From Corallococcus sp. AS-1-6 (GTDB lineage: Bacteria > Myxococcota > Myxococcia > Myxococcales > Myxococcaceae): a DNA stretch of 64,000 nucleotides. The translations under genes were made by a program, and so were the position numbers. Positions 1-9,938 of this stretch are shown piece after piece (the stretch's first letter is position 1; the number at the start of each line of letters is the position of its first letter). The notes under the pieces were generated by a model. That model did not search any database, was not told where the DNA came from, and saw only the letters and a program-made list of their open reading frames with translations. The stretch is from positions 179,886-243,885 of the forward strand of contig NZ_JAIQDE010000007.1 in the NCBI RefSeq assembly GCF_020037015.1. Reading direction: 5' to 3'.

Positions 1-195
1 GACCTGTGCCTGCGCGCGGGCGAAGCCGGGCTGCGTGTCCTCTACGCTCCCCATGCGCGCCTCGTGCGCACCCGTGCGCGGGAGGGCGCACCTGCGGCTT
101 CCCACGATGCCGACCGGCTCCGTGAAGCGTGGGTTCGCGCGGGACGGACCGACCCCACAGGGCATCCGCGGCTCGGCTTCGTCCAGACACCGTAG
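1..195 (+). CDS. Partial CDS: C-terminus of a family-2 glycosyltransferase (5' end lies outside the window)
   Basis: Frame 1 reads DLCLRAGEAGLRVLYAPHARLV... up to a TAG at 193-195. The DxCLR...G.R..Y.P.A...H pattern is the conserved C-terminal motif of GT2 enzymes. It is co-directional with the downstream glycosyltransferase gene. Confidence 0.5.
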   Translation, partial: DLCLRAGEAGLRVLYAPHARLVRTRAREGAPAASHDADRLREAWVRAGRTDPTGHPRLGFVQTP

Positions 196-271
196 AAAAG
201 AACAGCAAGCGCGCTTCCCTCCATGAGGAGCGGGCGGCCTGCCAGCCTTGACGCTCTCAGGGGGGGATGAC

Positions 272-3200
272 ATGGAGGACATCCGCCAAGGAGAGGGGGG
301 GCGTGCCTTGCCTGCCGCGAGGGTCTGCCTTCCGGACGCCACGAACATGCATCCACAGCTCAATCCCCTGGAACATCCCCTCTGCCTCACGCAGCCCCTG
401 CGCCTGCTGGAGTCCTCCGCCTGGGTGGAGCACGTCCCGTTCGCGATGTTCCTGGTGGACCTGCTGCGTCCCGCGACGCTGGTGGAGCTGGGGACGCACA
501 CCGGCGTGTCCTACTCCGCGTTCTGCCAGGCGGTGGACGCGCTGAAGCTGGAGACGCGCTGCCACGCGGTGGACACCTGGCAGGGCGACCCGCACGCGGG
601 CTTCTACGGGCCGGACGTCCTCGCGGACCTGCGCGCGCACCACGACCCGCTCTACAGCCGGTTCTCCCAACTGCACCCGATGACCTTCGACCAGGCCCTG
701 GGCCAGTTCGAGGACGGCTCCATCGACCTGCTCCACATCGACGGCTGCCACGAGTACGCGCAGGTGAAGGCGGACTTCGAGCGCTGGCGCCCCAAGCTGA
801 GCGCGCGCGGCGTCGTCCTCTTCCACGACACCCACGTGCACGAGCGCGACTTCGGCGTCTGGCGGCTGTGGGAGGAGCTGCGGGGCCAGCATCCCTCCTT
901 CGAGTTCGAGCACGGCTTCGGTCTGGGCGTGCTCGCGGTGGGCCCGGAGCAGCCGGAGGGGCTGTTGGCCCTGACGAGCACCCGGGACGCGGAGCGCGAA
1001 CACGTGCGGCAGGCCTTCGCCACGCTCGGCGGGCGCCTGACGCTCCTGCTGCACCGGCAGCACCTGCTCGACGCCTACGGCCAGAAGGAACAGCAGGCCG
1101 CGGACCACGCGCGTCAGGCGCAGCAGCTCCAGGCGGAGCTGGACGCCGCCCGCGAAGCGGCGCGCGACACCGCGAGCACCCTTCGCGAGTTCGAAGGCCG
1201 GCTCGCGCGGATGGGCCTGGCCCAGCGGATGCTCCAGGAGGAGCTGGGCCGCAAGAACGCCCGCATCTACGAACTGGACGCGCACGTGGCGACCCAGGGC
1301 TCGCAGTTGGCGCACATCAACGGCAGCCTCGCCTGGAAGGCCATCAACCGCTACTGGGCCATGCGCGAGCGCGTGCTGCCCCCCGGCACGAAGCGCGGCC
1401 ACCTCTACCAGAAGAGCAAGGGCACGCTGCACAAGGTGGGCGCGAAGCTGATCAAGCTGCCCGCGAAGAAGGGCGCCCTCCAGGCCCTGCGCGCCGCGAA
1501 GGCCGCCCTCACGCCGGCCGCCCCCGTCCCCCCCACCGCCGCCTTGGTCGAGGCCCCGAGCGCGCCGCCCGCGCGCCCGGCGCCGTGGACCGCGCCGCTC
1601 ACGCACGTCTCCCAGGCCAGCCTGGGCCGGCGCATCCTGATCATCGCGGAGCTGTCGCTGCCCCAGTGCAAGCGCTACCGCGTGGATCAGAAGGTCGCCA
1701 TGTTCCACCGGCTCGGGTACGACGTCACCGTCCTGCGCTGGAACGACCACGAGGAGTGCAAGGCCGCGCTCCAGTTCCACGGCCTGGTCATCTACTACCG
1801 GGTGCCCGCCTTCCCCGGCGTGGAGGAGCTGCTGGCGGAGACCCGGCGCCTGGGCCTCCCGCACTTCTTCGACGTCGACGACCTCATCTTCGACGTGGAG
1901 GAGTACCAGCGGAACACCAACGTGCAGCGGCTGCCCGCGAACGAGCGCGAGCTGCTGCTCAACGGCGCGAAGCTCTACCGCAAGGCGCTCAGCCTGTGTG
2001 AGCACGCCATCGCCAGCACGCCCACCATCGCGGAGCAGATGTCCCGCGTCATCTCCGGCAAGGTCTACGTCGTCGAGAACTGCCTGGACGACGGCATCCT
2101 GGAGCTGGCCCGGGAGATGGAGGCGCGCCCGCCCGCGGTGGACCCGGACACGGTCACCATCGGCTACGGCAGCGGAACGCGCACGCACGACGCGGACTTC
2201 ACCATCGCCGCCGACGCCATCCTCGCGGTGATGGAGCGCCATCCGAACGTGCGCCTGGCCATCCACGGCTTCCTGGAGCTGCCGGAGGGCTTCTCGCGCT
2301 TCTCCGACCGCGTCTTCCGCATTCCGTTCCTGGACGCGGACGACTACCTGCGCGCGCTCGCGTCCTGGCAGATCTCCATCGCGCCGCTGGAGCAGACGGT
2401 CTTCAACGACGCCAAGAGCAACATCAAGTTCATCGAGGCGTCCATCTTCCGCGTGCCCGCGGTGTGCTCCGGCTCCGGGCCGTTCCGGGAGATCATCGAC
2501 CACGGCCGCAACGGCTTCATCGCCACCACCCGTGAGGAGTGGGAGTCCGCGCTCTCCGCGCTGGTGCAGGACGCGTCGCTGCGCAAGCGCATGGGCGAGG
2601 AGGCGCACCGCAGCGTGCTGTCGCGCTACCACCCGGCGGTCGTGGCCACGGAGCGGCTGCAGCCCATCCTCCAGCACCTGCCGCCCGCGCCGCCGCCGCG
2701 CCTGAAGGTCCTGGAGGCCAACATCCTCTTCGCGCCCCTGAGCTTCGGCGGGGCCACCGTCGTCACGGAGCAACTGGCGCACCAGTTGAAGGCGGAGGGC
2801 TGCGACGTCACCGTGTTCACCGGCATCATGAACTCGCCGCTGCCCGCCTATTCGGTGGTGCGCTACGAGGCGCTGGGCCTGCCGGTCATCGCCACCCAGG
2901 TGCCGTCCCTCACCGACCGCGCCCAGGAGTACCAGAACCCGCGCATGGGGGAGACCTTCACCCAGGTGCTCAAGGCCGTGCGCCCGGACGTGGTGCACTT
3001 CCACTCCATCCAGCTCCTGAGCTCCGCGCTCGCCACGGCGTGCGCCGCGGAGGGCATCCCGTACACCATCACCGTGCATGACGCGTGGTGGCTGTGCGAG
3101 CGCCAGTTCATGGTCCGCGAGGACTCCACGTACTGCGGCCAGAAGGGCATCGACCTGCGCGTGTGCACCAAGTGCGTGCCGGACTCGCGCTACACCTTCA

Positions 3201-3958
3201 AGCGCACGTTCGCCCTGCGCAAGGTGCTGGACGGCGCGGCCCTGCTGCTGGCGCCCAGCGAGTTCCAGCGCCAGCTCTACATCGCCAACGGCGTCGCGCC
3301 GGAGCGCATCGTCGTGAACAAGAACGGCGTGCTGCTGCCCGGCCGCGCGCGCGCCCCGCGCCCCGCGAACGCCCCCGTCCGCTTCGCCTACCTGGGCGGC
3401 CGCGCGGGGCACAAGGGGTACTTCTGGCTCAAGGACATCCTGGAGTCGGTGCCGGAGTCCGGCTGGATCCTGAAGATGACCGACATCCAGTTGCGCATGG
3501 GGTCGGCCTCCATCGACGCGAAGGAATGGAAGGTGAAGGGCCAGGTGGAGGTGGTGCCTCCGTATGATCAGGACGGGATGGACGCCTTCTTCGACGGAGT
3601 GGACGTGCTGCTGATGCCCTCGCAGTGCAAGGAGAGCTTCGGGCTGACCGTGCGCGAGGCCATGGCCCGGAACGTGTGGGTGGTCACCACGGCGTCGGGC
3701 GGCGTCAGCGAGGACATCGTGGAGGGCGTCAACGGCAACGTCGTGGACATGTCGGACGCCGACGGCTTCCGCCGCGTGCTGCGCGACCTGGTGGCCCACC
3801 CGGAGCGCATCGCGCGCGACCCGAACGCCCAGCGCACTCCGGTGCGCGACTACGAGACCCAGGCCCGGGAGCTTCACTCGCTCCTGTCCGGCCTGGTGAA
3901 TCCTCCCGCCCGGAGCACGCCCCGCCAGGACGCCAGCGCCGCGGTGCCCCACCGTTGA
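272..3958 (+). CDS. Multidomain polysaccharide biosynthesis protein: N-terminal TylF/MycF-type class I SAM-dependent sugar O-methyltransferase, a coiled-coil segment, a GT-B glycosyltransferase domain and a C-terminal GT4 glycosyltransferase
   Basis: This is the 1236-aa ORF, with a likely start at MEDIRQ preceded by a G-rich RBS. The N-terminus has [13 protein letters not shown]...[15 protein letters not shown] (TylF-like MT). Residues ~270-340 are Q/E/R/A-rich coiled coil. Next comes a Pro-rich linker and a first GT-B-like domain. The last ~380 aa carry the GT4 E-x7-E signature ([11 protein letters not shown]). The antisense 1231-aa ORF is R/G/H-rich junk. Confidence 0.8.
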   Translation: MEDIRQGEGGRALPAARVCLPDATNMHPQLNPLEHPLCLTQPLRLLESSAWVEHVPFAMFLVDLLRPATLVELGTHTGVSYSAFCQAVDALKLETRCHAVDTWQGDPHAGFYGPDVLADLRAHHDPLYSRFSQLHPMTFDQALGQFEDGSIDLLHIDGCHEYAQVKADFERWRPKLSARGVVLFHDTHVHERDFGVWRLWEELRGQHPSFEFEHGFGLGVLAVGPEQPEGLLALTSTRDAEREHVRQAFATLGGRLTLLLHRQHLLDAYGQKEQQAADHARQAQQLQAELDAAREAARDTASTLREFEGRLARMGLAQRMLQEELGRKNARIYELDAHVATQGSQLAHINGSLAWKAINRYWAMRERVLPPGTKRGHLYQKSKGTLHKVGAKLIKLPAKKGALQALRAAKAALTPAAPVPPTAALVEAPSAPPARPAPWTAPLTHVSQASLGRRILIIAELSLPQCKRYRVDQKVAMFHRLGYDVTVLRWNDHEECKAALQFHGLVIYYRVPAFPGVEELLAETRRLGLPHFFDVDDLIFDVEEYQRNTNVQRLPANERELLLNGAKLYRKALSLCEHAIASTPTIAEQMSRVISGKVYVVENCLDDGILELAREMEARPPAVDPDTVTIGYGSGTRTHDADFTIAADAILAVMERHPNVRLAIHGFLELPEGFSRFSDRVFRIPFLDADDYLRALASWQISIAPLEQTVFNDAKSNIKFIEASIFRVPAVCSGSGPFREIIDHGRNGFIATTREEWESALSALVQDASLRKRMGEEAHRSVLSRYHPAVVATERLQPILQHLPPAPPPRLKVLEANILFAPLSFGGATVVTEQLAHQLKAEGCDVTVFTGIMNSPLPAYSVVRYEALGLPVIATQVPSLTDRAQEYQNPRMGETFTQVLKAVRPDVVHFHSIQLLSSALATACAAEGIPYTITVHDAWWLCERQFMVREDSTYCGQKGIDLRVCTKCVPDSRYTFKRTFALRKVLDGAALLLAPSEFQRQLYIANGVAPERIVVNKNGVLLPGRARAPRPANAPVRFAYLGGRAGHKGYFWLKDILESVPESGWILKMTDIQLRMGSASIDAKEWKVKGQVEVVPPYDQDGMDAFFDGVDVLLMPSQCKESFGLTVREAMARNVWVVTTASGGVSEDIVEGVNGNVVDMSDADGFRRVLRDLVAHPERIARDPNAQRTPVRDYETQARELHSLLSGLVNPPARSTPRQDASAAVPHR

Positions 3959-3975
3959 ACCCCCGGAGACGCTCC

Positions 3976-4848
3976 ATGCCCTTGTCCCAGCTCAAGGCCC
4001 TGATTCCTCCCGCGATCAAGACCGCCGTGCGCGCACAGCTCCAGACGGGGCTGCTGCGCACGGAGAACCAGTTGGCATCGCTCCGGTCTCGCTGGTCGCC
4101 GCCGGCCCCCGTGGAGCCGTCACCGCCGGTCGTCGAGGCGCCGCCACCGCCGGCCCCCGCGCTTCCGCCCATCACCCGGGAGCTCATCGCGGCCCAGTAC
4201 CTGCGCGGCGAGGGCCTGGAGATTGGAGCCCTGTCCAATCCCACGAAGGTGCCCGCCGGGGTCCGGGTCCGCTATGTGGACGTGGCGCCCATCGACGTGC
4301 TGCGCGCCCGCTTCCCGGAGGTGGCCGACCGCATCGTCACGCCGGACATCGTGGACAACGGCGAGGAGCTGGGCACGGTGGCGCCGGACTCCCAGGACTT
4401 CGTCATCGCCAACCACGTCCTGGAGCACTGCGAAGATCCCATCGGCACGCTGAAGAACTTCCTCCGGGTCCTGCGGCCCGGAGGCATCCTCTTCATGGCC
4501 ATCCCGGACAAGCGCTTCACCTTCGACCTGCCCCGGGAGCTCACCTCCGCGGCGCACGTCGTGGAGGACCACCTGAAGGGGCCGGAGGTCTCCCGGCGCG
4601 CCCACTACGACGAGTGGCTGCGCCTCATCGACCGGAAGGAGGGCGAGGAGCTGGCCCGCCTGACGGAGGACTTCCTCCAGAACCGCACGAACATCCACTT
4701 CCACGTGTGGACCTTCAACGAGATGTCCGAGCTGTTCTCCGCGGCCCGCAACCAGTTGGGCCTGCCCTTCGACGTCAAGCTGGCCTTCCTGGATCCGCCG
4801 TGTCTGGAGGTGGTGTGGGTCCTGGAAGTGACGAAGCCCCGGTCCTGA
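3976..4848 (+). CDS. Class I SAM-dependent methyltransferase (Methyltransf_11/23-like)
   Basis: ATG at 3976 lies 17 nt after the previous stop, with GGAG upstream. Motifs include LEIGALSNP and ANHVLEHCEDPIGTLKNFLRVLRPGGILFMAIPDK. It sits in a glycan cluster. Confidence 0.75.
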   Translation: MPLSQLKALIPPAIKTAVRAQLQTGLLRTENQLASLRSRWSPPAPVEPSPPVVEAPPPPAPALPPITRELIAAQYLRGEGLEIGALSNPTKVPAGVRVRYVDVAPIDVLRARFPEVADRIVTPDIVDNGEELGTVAPDSQDFVIANHVLEHCEDPIGTLKNFLRVLRPGGILFMAIPDKRFTFDLPRELTSAAHVVEDHLKGPEVSRRAHYDEWLRLIDRKEGEELARLTEDFLQNRTNIHFHVWTFNEMSELFSAARNQLGLPFDVKLAFLDPPCLEVVWVLEVTKPRS

Positions 4849-4852
4849 GCGC

Positions 4853-6250
4853 CTACGCCGGACCGTAGTAGCGCTGGTACACGGTGGTGAGCGTCACCAC
4901 CGTGGTGAGCAGGATGAAGCCGGCGATGAGCACCGGCTTGAGGCGCGTCAGCGCGCGCGGTGCCCAGGTGGGCGGGGCCAGCGCCACCACCAGTAGCGGC
5001 GTGTAGGGCAACAGGTAGCGGCCCTGCACCCCGTCCACGTGGTTCGCGCCCGGCGCCGTCCACGCCAGGTACAGCATGGCCTGGATGGCCAGTACGCCCG
5101 CCACCGCCACCCCCAGCGCCACCGCGCGCTCGCGCCAGCCCACCTTCGGGGCGGCCCCGTCGGCGTCCAGCACCATCACCCCCAGGAGCAACGCGGCCAG
5201 CCCGAGGAGCGCGGGGCGGGGCATCGGCGTGTCCAGCCAGCCCAGCACGCCGCCGCCCTGGTGCAGGAAGTCCGGCAGCCGCGTCCAGAAGTCGCTCACC
5301 AGCACGCCCAGCACCTGGAAGGGGTGCGCGCGCACGTGGGCCACCTGCGCCACCACCTCGCTGGGGCGGAAGATGTCCCGCACCGTGGCGGACCACGCGA
5401 ACTGGAGCAGCGCGGGCACGGCGACGATGGCGGCCAGCGCCAGGGCATAGCGGCCGCGCGTCCCCAGCCGGGTGAGCGGCAGCAGCAGGAACACCAGCGT
5501 CAGCGGCAGGTAGGCCTGCTTGCACAGCGCCACGAACACCGCGCTCGCCAGCAGCAGGCCCAGTTGCTTCGCGCCCAGCGGCCCCGGGTGCGCGAAGGTG
5601 AAATGCAGCGACAGCGCCACCAGCAGCAGGCACGCCGACATCGTGATGGGGTCCGCGGACACGGACGCGCGCTGGAAGAGCACCATGGGCGTGAGCGCCA
5701 GCAGCGCGAAGGCCCACCGCTGGAAGGGCATCAGGCGCAGCGCCACCGCGGTGAGCACCAGCGCCACCAGCACGTTGCCCAGCCGGCCCGCCCACAGCAC
5801 CACCACCGGGGGCGCCTCCAGGATCCGCGCGGGCGCCATGCCCAGCGACTGCGGGAAGTAGACCAGCGGGAAGTAGATGGCGGACGCGGCGAAGCGCCAC
5901 TCCTGGGTGTCCTGGGGCGCCAGCGCCGCGTGCATCGCGTCGCGCAGGCGCTGCCGGTCCTGGCGCGCCGCGGGGTTGCCGCCCACGCCCTCGGACACCT
6001 CCTGCGCCACCCGCACGATGCTGCGCGGGAGCTGCCCGCCCGCGTCACCCACCGGGATGCGCGTGGCCGTGAGCTGCCCCTCGGAGACCTGGTACGCGCG
6101 GTAGAAGTGCGCCGGCTCGTCCGCCACCTGGAACGGCGGGGTGAGGAAGCTCAACACCGCGCCCAGCACCGCGGCCACGACGAGGAAGGCCACGACGGGC
6201 GCGATGAAGAACGGACGCAGCGGGGACGGGGACGGAGCAGACGGAAGCAT
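4853..6250 (-). CDS. DUF2142 family polytopic membrane protein (GT-C-like periplasmic glycosyltransferase candidate)
   Basis: 465 aa with >=10 predicted TM helices. The N-terminal ADEPAHFYRAYQVSEG motif is typical of DUF2142. It is downstream in an operon with GT2 and a small membrane protein. Confidence 0.7.
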   Translation of the reverse strand: MLPSAPSPSPLRPFFIAPVVAFLVVAAVLGAVLSFLTPPFQVADEPAHFYRAYQVSEGQLTATRIPVGDAGGQLPRSIVRVAQEVSEGVGGNPAARQDRQRLRDAMHAALAPQDTQEWRFAASAIYFPLVYFPQSLGMAPARILEAPPVVVLWAGRLGNVLVALVLTAVALRLMPFQRWAFALLALTPMVLFQRASVSADPITMSACLLLVALSLHFTFAHPGPLGAKQLGLLLASAVFVALCKQAYLPLTLVFLLLPLTRLGTRGRYALALAAIVAVPALLQFAWSATVRDIFRPSEVVAQVAHVRAHPFQVLGVLVSDFWTRLPDFLHQGGGVLGWLDTPMPRPALLGLAALLLGVMVLDADGAAPKVGWRERAVALGVAVAGVLAIQAMLYLAWTAPGANHVDGVQGRYLLPYTPLLVVALAPPTWAPRALTRLKPVLIAGFILLTTVVTLTTVYQRYYGPA

Positions 6251-6277
6251 GGAGGACGGAGGGGGCCCGGTGGGCCC

Positions 6278-6694
6278 TCAGGCGGCGTGCGGGTCGCGCC
6301 GGGCTGCGGCGGCGGGGGGGACGGCTTCGGGACGGGGCTGCGCGCGCGCGGCGCGCTCGGCCTCCGCGGAGGTGAGCAGGGCGACCTCCTGGGCCAGCCG
6401 CTTGAGCTGCTGGCGCTGATCCGCCACCTGGAGGCTCAGCCGGTACACCAGCCACATGAGGCACGACAGGGCGATGAAGAAGAGGGCGGACGGGGCGTAG
6501 TAGATGCCCATGGCCGCGGCCAGCGCGTCGATGCCGTGGCGCCACAGCGACAGGCCCGCGATGGCCGCCGCCACCAGCAGCCACGCGAAGGTGTGCCGCT
6601 CGCTGGTGCGCCGGCCCCGGGCCGACCACAGGACGCTGAAGGCGAAGACGGCCGCGAAGGCCACGCCGATGAGGCTGGAGCGAAGCATGGGCAT
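6278..6694 (-). CDS. Small membrane protein (DUF2304-like; GtrA-like flippase candidate) with a C-terminal coiled coil
   Basis: Start MPMLRSS at 6694 overlaps the GT2 stop (TGATG). It has 3-4 TM helices followed by a QQLKRLAQEVALL coiled coil. GT2 + DUF2304 + DUF2142 is a common triad. Confidence 0.5.
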   Translation of the reverse strand: MPMLRSSLIGVAFAAVFAFSVLWSARGRRTSERHTFAWLLVAAAIAGLSLWRHGIDALAAAMGIYYAPSALFFIALSCLMWLVYRLSLQVADQRQQLKRLAQEVALLTSAEAERAARAQPRPEAVPPAAAARRDPHAA

Positions 6695-7392
6695 CAGACG
6701 GGACGGACCCGCTCCATGAGCAGGGCGAAGGACACCTTCGCCATGTAGAAGGCCGACTTCCACGGCGTCAGCGAGCTGGTGCCGGTGAGGCGCGGCCGCA
6801 TGCGCACCGGCACCTCCGCGATGGCGAAGCCCTGGCGCGCCGCCATCAGCACGCTCTCCGGCTCCGGGTAGTCATGCGGGTGGACGCGCGCGAAGAAGCG
6901 GATCGCCTGCGGACCGAAGCCCCGGAAGCCGGAGGTGGGGTCGGTGATGCGGTGGCGGCTCAGCGTGGACAGCAGGCCCGCCAGGAACCGGTTGCCGAAG
7001 CGGCGCAGCCGCGTGGAGCGGAAGCTGGTGACGCCCGCGAAGCGGCTGCCGATGACCAGCTCCACGCCCGACTGGAGCGCCTCGCGCAGCGCGGGCACGG
7101 ACGCCGGGTCATGCTGGCCGTCGCCGTCCATGCGGATGACGTGGTCGTACCCGTTGCGGGACGCGAACAGCAGGCCGCTGGCCTCGCCCGCGGCGACGCC
7201 CAGGTTGAAGGGATGGCTGAGCACCCGCGCCCCGCAGTCCCGCGCGCGCTGCGCCGTGGCGTCGCGCGAGCCGTCGTCCACCACGAGCACGTCGAACTCC
7301 GGCAGCGCCTCGCGCAGCTCCGCCACCGTCGAGCCGATGCACTCCTCTTCGTTGAAGGCCAGCAACACGATGAGGCCCCGTCGGGTGTCCAT
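6694..7392 (-). CDS. GT2 polyprenol-phosphate glycosyltransferase (DPM1/ArnC/GtrB-like)
   Basis: LIVLLAFNEEECIG...VLVVDDGSRD...RMDGDGQHDP are classic GT2-A motifs (DxD, DGQH). It is 232 aa. Confidence 0.8.
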   Translation of the reverse strand: MDTRRGLIVLLAFNEEECIGSTVAELREALPEFDVLVVDDGSRDATAQRARDCGARVLSHPFNLGVAAGEASGLLFASRNGYDHVIRMDGDGQHDPASVPALREALQSGVELVIGSRFAGVTSFRSTRLRRFGNRFLAGLLSTLSRHRITDPTSGFRGFGPQAIRFFARVHPHDYPEPESVLMAARQGFAIAEVPVRMRPRLTGTSSLTPWKSAFYMAKVSFALLMERVRPV

Positions 7393-7684
7393 TCAGCCCC
7401 CTCCTGCGTCGTCCGGGCCTTCTACCGTTACCCGGCACGCGCGAACAACCCGCTACGCCCGGTTCTCCAACACTCGCGCAATGAAGATACCCGCGTCCTC
7501 CAGCCTCAGGCCCCGGGCCAGCGCTCCCAGCCCCTGGCCCGCCAGGGAGACGAGCGGCCGGGGGAGCCTGCGCAGGGCGCGCGCCCGGTCCGCCAGGCTG
7601 TCGGCCTCGAAGTCCAGGCCCCCGAAGGTGTCCCTGACGCTTCCGCGCGTCCCCCGTCACGTGGCCGCCCGGCTCCCAGGCCGG

Positions 7685-8188
7685 TCAGCGGCCCCGGCGC
7701 CGCGAGGGCGCGCGGCGCGGCGGCTCCTTCGGGGGCTCCTGTGGAGTGGGAGGCAGGCGCGACAGCAACTGCTCCAACTGGCGCTCCACCTCCTGGCGCC
7801 ACAGGGACTGCGTGCGCGCCTGGACGCGCTGGTGCTCGTGGATGAGCGCGAGCGCGTCCAGGATGGCCTCGTTGAACTCCACCTGCCGCCGGAGCGCCTC
7901 GTTGATGAAGGGCTGGAACGCCAGCCGGAAGGCGCGCTTGGCCATCACCAGCGCGGGCCCCACCAGGGGCCGGTGGGATGAAGGCGGATCCGCGTAGCGC
8001 GCGTCCCGCTTCAGCCGCGCGCCCTCCAGGAACGGGGGCCACGCGGCGTTGATGGCCGGGGCCTGGGTGGCGGCGAGGCGCCGGCGCAGCGCCTCCACCT
8101 TCTCGGGCTCCGGCGTGGGCAGCCGCGCCAGGGACTCCAGCACCGCCTCCACCGTGGGGTCGCGGGTGATGAGGTCCTCAGCGCGCAT
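7685..8188 (-). CDS. Hypothetical protein
   Basis: 167-aa ORF. It overlaps the 3' end of the upstream GT4 gene by 11 nt. There are no recognisable motifs. Coding status rests only on the operon context. Confidence 0.35.
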   Translation of the reverse strand: MRAEDLITRDPTVEAVLESLARLPTPEPEKVEALRRRLAATQAPAINAAWPPFLEGARLKRDARYADPPSSHRPLVGPALVMAKRAFRLAFQPFINEALRRQVEFNEAILDALALIHEHQRVQARTQSLWRQEVERQLEQLLSRLPPTPQEPPKEPPRRAPSRRRGR

Positions 8189-9824
8189 GCGGGTGTCCTC
8201 CCACGTCCAGCTCCCTCGCCAGCTCCGCCGCGAGCGACACCAGGTCGCGCCCCGGGGTGAGCTCCCACAGCTTCTTTCCCAGGACCTGCTTGACGCCCGC
8301 GTCCGGCGCGCGGCGGGCCTCCCAGACGCCCGCGACGCACGCCTCCGGCGGCAGCCGCGACACGGTCCTCCGGGCGACCTCCTCCCCGGCGCCCGCGAAC
8401 AGCAGCGGCCCGGAGGCGCACCGCACGCCCGTCTCCAGCGACGACGACGGCGGGCTGACCCCCTCCAACCCGAAGGAGGGCTCGTCCGGCGTGAAGCGCC
8501 GCACCCGCGTCACGCCCTCGTGCTCGTCGCGCGGAGCCAACTGGAGGGGCAGCACCTGCCGGCGCACCGTCCACAGGCTCGCGTCCGGCAGCCGGTCCAC
8601 CACCGCGCGCGCCAGCCGGGACATGGGCGCGTCCGGCGCGGCGTCGAAGCCCGGGCACACGACGGTGGCGGCGGGTCCGGCGGGAGGGCGGGCGTGGGGC
8701 GCGGCTCCCTGGAGGAAGGGCGTGAGCGCCTCGCGCACGCGCTGGGCCACGGCCTGCTGGTCCAGGGACGCCAGGCGCTGGCGCTGCGCCTCCACCACCC
8801 GCGAGCGCAGGGCGGGGTCGCGCTCCAGCACCGCCAGCAGCCCCGCCACCTGCGCGGGGTCGTCCGACAGGGTGGTGAGGCCCGCGCCGCCCATGGTCTC
8901 CGGCACCGCCGCGGCGCCGTAGGCCACCACCGGCACGCCCCGGTACATGGCCTCCAGCAGCGGCACGCCGAAGCCCTCGTGGCGGCTCATGGAGAGGTAC
9001 GCGGTGGCGGAGGCGAAGCACGCGGACAACTGGGCGGCGTCCACCCGCCCCAGGAACACCACGCGATCCGGGCCCAGTTGCTCGCGCAGCGCCAGCACGG
9101 ACGCGTCATAGGGCGCGCTGCTGTAGAGCGTCCCCGCCACCAGCAGCCGGCTCCGGGGCTGGTACAGGCGCTGGTAGGCGGTGAAGACGCGCAGCACGTC
9201 CTCCAGCCGCTTGCTGGGCACGGTGCGGCCCACGAAGAGCACGTTGGCGCACCCGTCCGCCATCTGCTCGCGCAGGGCCGCGTCCGGCGCCACGTTGAAC
9301 GCGTTCCAGTCCACCGCGAAGGGCAGGACGCTCGCGTCCGGGTAGCCCGCGGCGGACAGCTCCTCCACGCTGAAGTGCGAGTAGGCCCAGGCGTGCGTCA
9401 CGTGCTCGCGGAGCTGGAGCAGCTCCTCGCGCGCCAGCATGCAGCCGCGGGCGACGTGGCGGTCCGTGCCCTCGAAGAACCGCTCGGGCGTGACGTTGTG
9501 GTACAGCAGCGCCTTGCGCCCCTTGGCCTTGGCCACCAGCGGCACCAGCCTCGACTCGAAGCTGTGGTGGACGAGCAGCGCGGTGTCCCGGCCCGCGTCG
9601 CGGGCGTAGTCCAGGGCGGGGCGCACCTCGTCGCGGCACGCCTCGTCCCACTGCTCCGCGTAGATCTCCGACGCGTACCCCCACCCGCGCAGCAGGTCGC
9701 GCAGGTAGCGCACCTGGTTGCCCACGGCGTCGCCCCAGGCCAGCCGCGGCACGAGCTGGTGGACCGCTCCGGCGCTCGAGGACGCGGTCCCTCGCTTGCT
9801 GTTCCAGAGGCTCACGTTGGGCAA
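8178..9824 (-). CDS. Glycosyltransferase family 4 (GT-B)
   Basis: 548 aa. EGFGVPLLEAMYRGVPVV is the GT4 E-x7-E motif. N-terminal and C-terminal Rossmann-like halves are present. Confidence 0.75.
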   Translation of the reverse strand: MPNVSLWNSKRGTASSSAGAVHQLVPRLAWGDAVGNQVRYLRDLLRGWGYASEIYAEQWDEACRDEVRPALDYARDAGRDTALLVHHSFESRLVPLVAKAKGRKALLYHNVTPERFFEGTDRHVARGCMLAREELLQLREHVTHAWAYSHFSVEELSAAGYPDASVLPFAVDWNAFNVAPDAALREQMADGCANVLFVGRTVPSKRLEDVLRVFTAYQRLYQPRSRLLVAGTLYSSAPYDASVLALREQLGPDRVVFLGRVDAAQLSACFASATAYLSMSRHEGFGVPLLEAMYRGVPVVAYGAAAVPETMGGAGLTTLSDDPAQVAGLLAVLERDPALRSRVVEAQRQRLASLDQQAVAQRVREALTPFLQGAAPHARPPAGPAATVVCPGFDAAPDAPMSRLARAVVDRLPDASLWTVRRQVLPLQLAPRDEHEGVTRVRRFTPDEPSFGLEGVSPPSSSLETGVRCASGPLLFAGAGEEVARRTVSRLPPEACVAGVWEARRAPDAGVKQVLGKKLWELTPGRDLVSLAAELARELDVGGHPHAR

Positions 9825-9938
9825 GGCATTTACCCCTGGCCCGGACCGGCCACAAGTGGTCGCGCGCTTGCCTTGACGGGGATCCGTCCCTCCGCTACGG
9901 AGGGCGCTTTCTCCCGACGTACGAGTGGTGGCGTGTCA

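Noticed and set aside
257-3952. 1231-aa minus-strand ORF mirroring the MT-GT fusion gene
   Set aside because: Its translation is low-complexity Arg/Gly/His and no domains are present. The + strand has methyltransferase and GT4 signatures.
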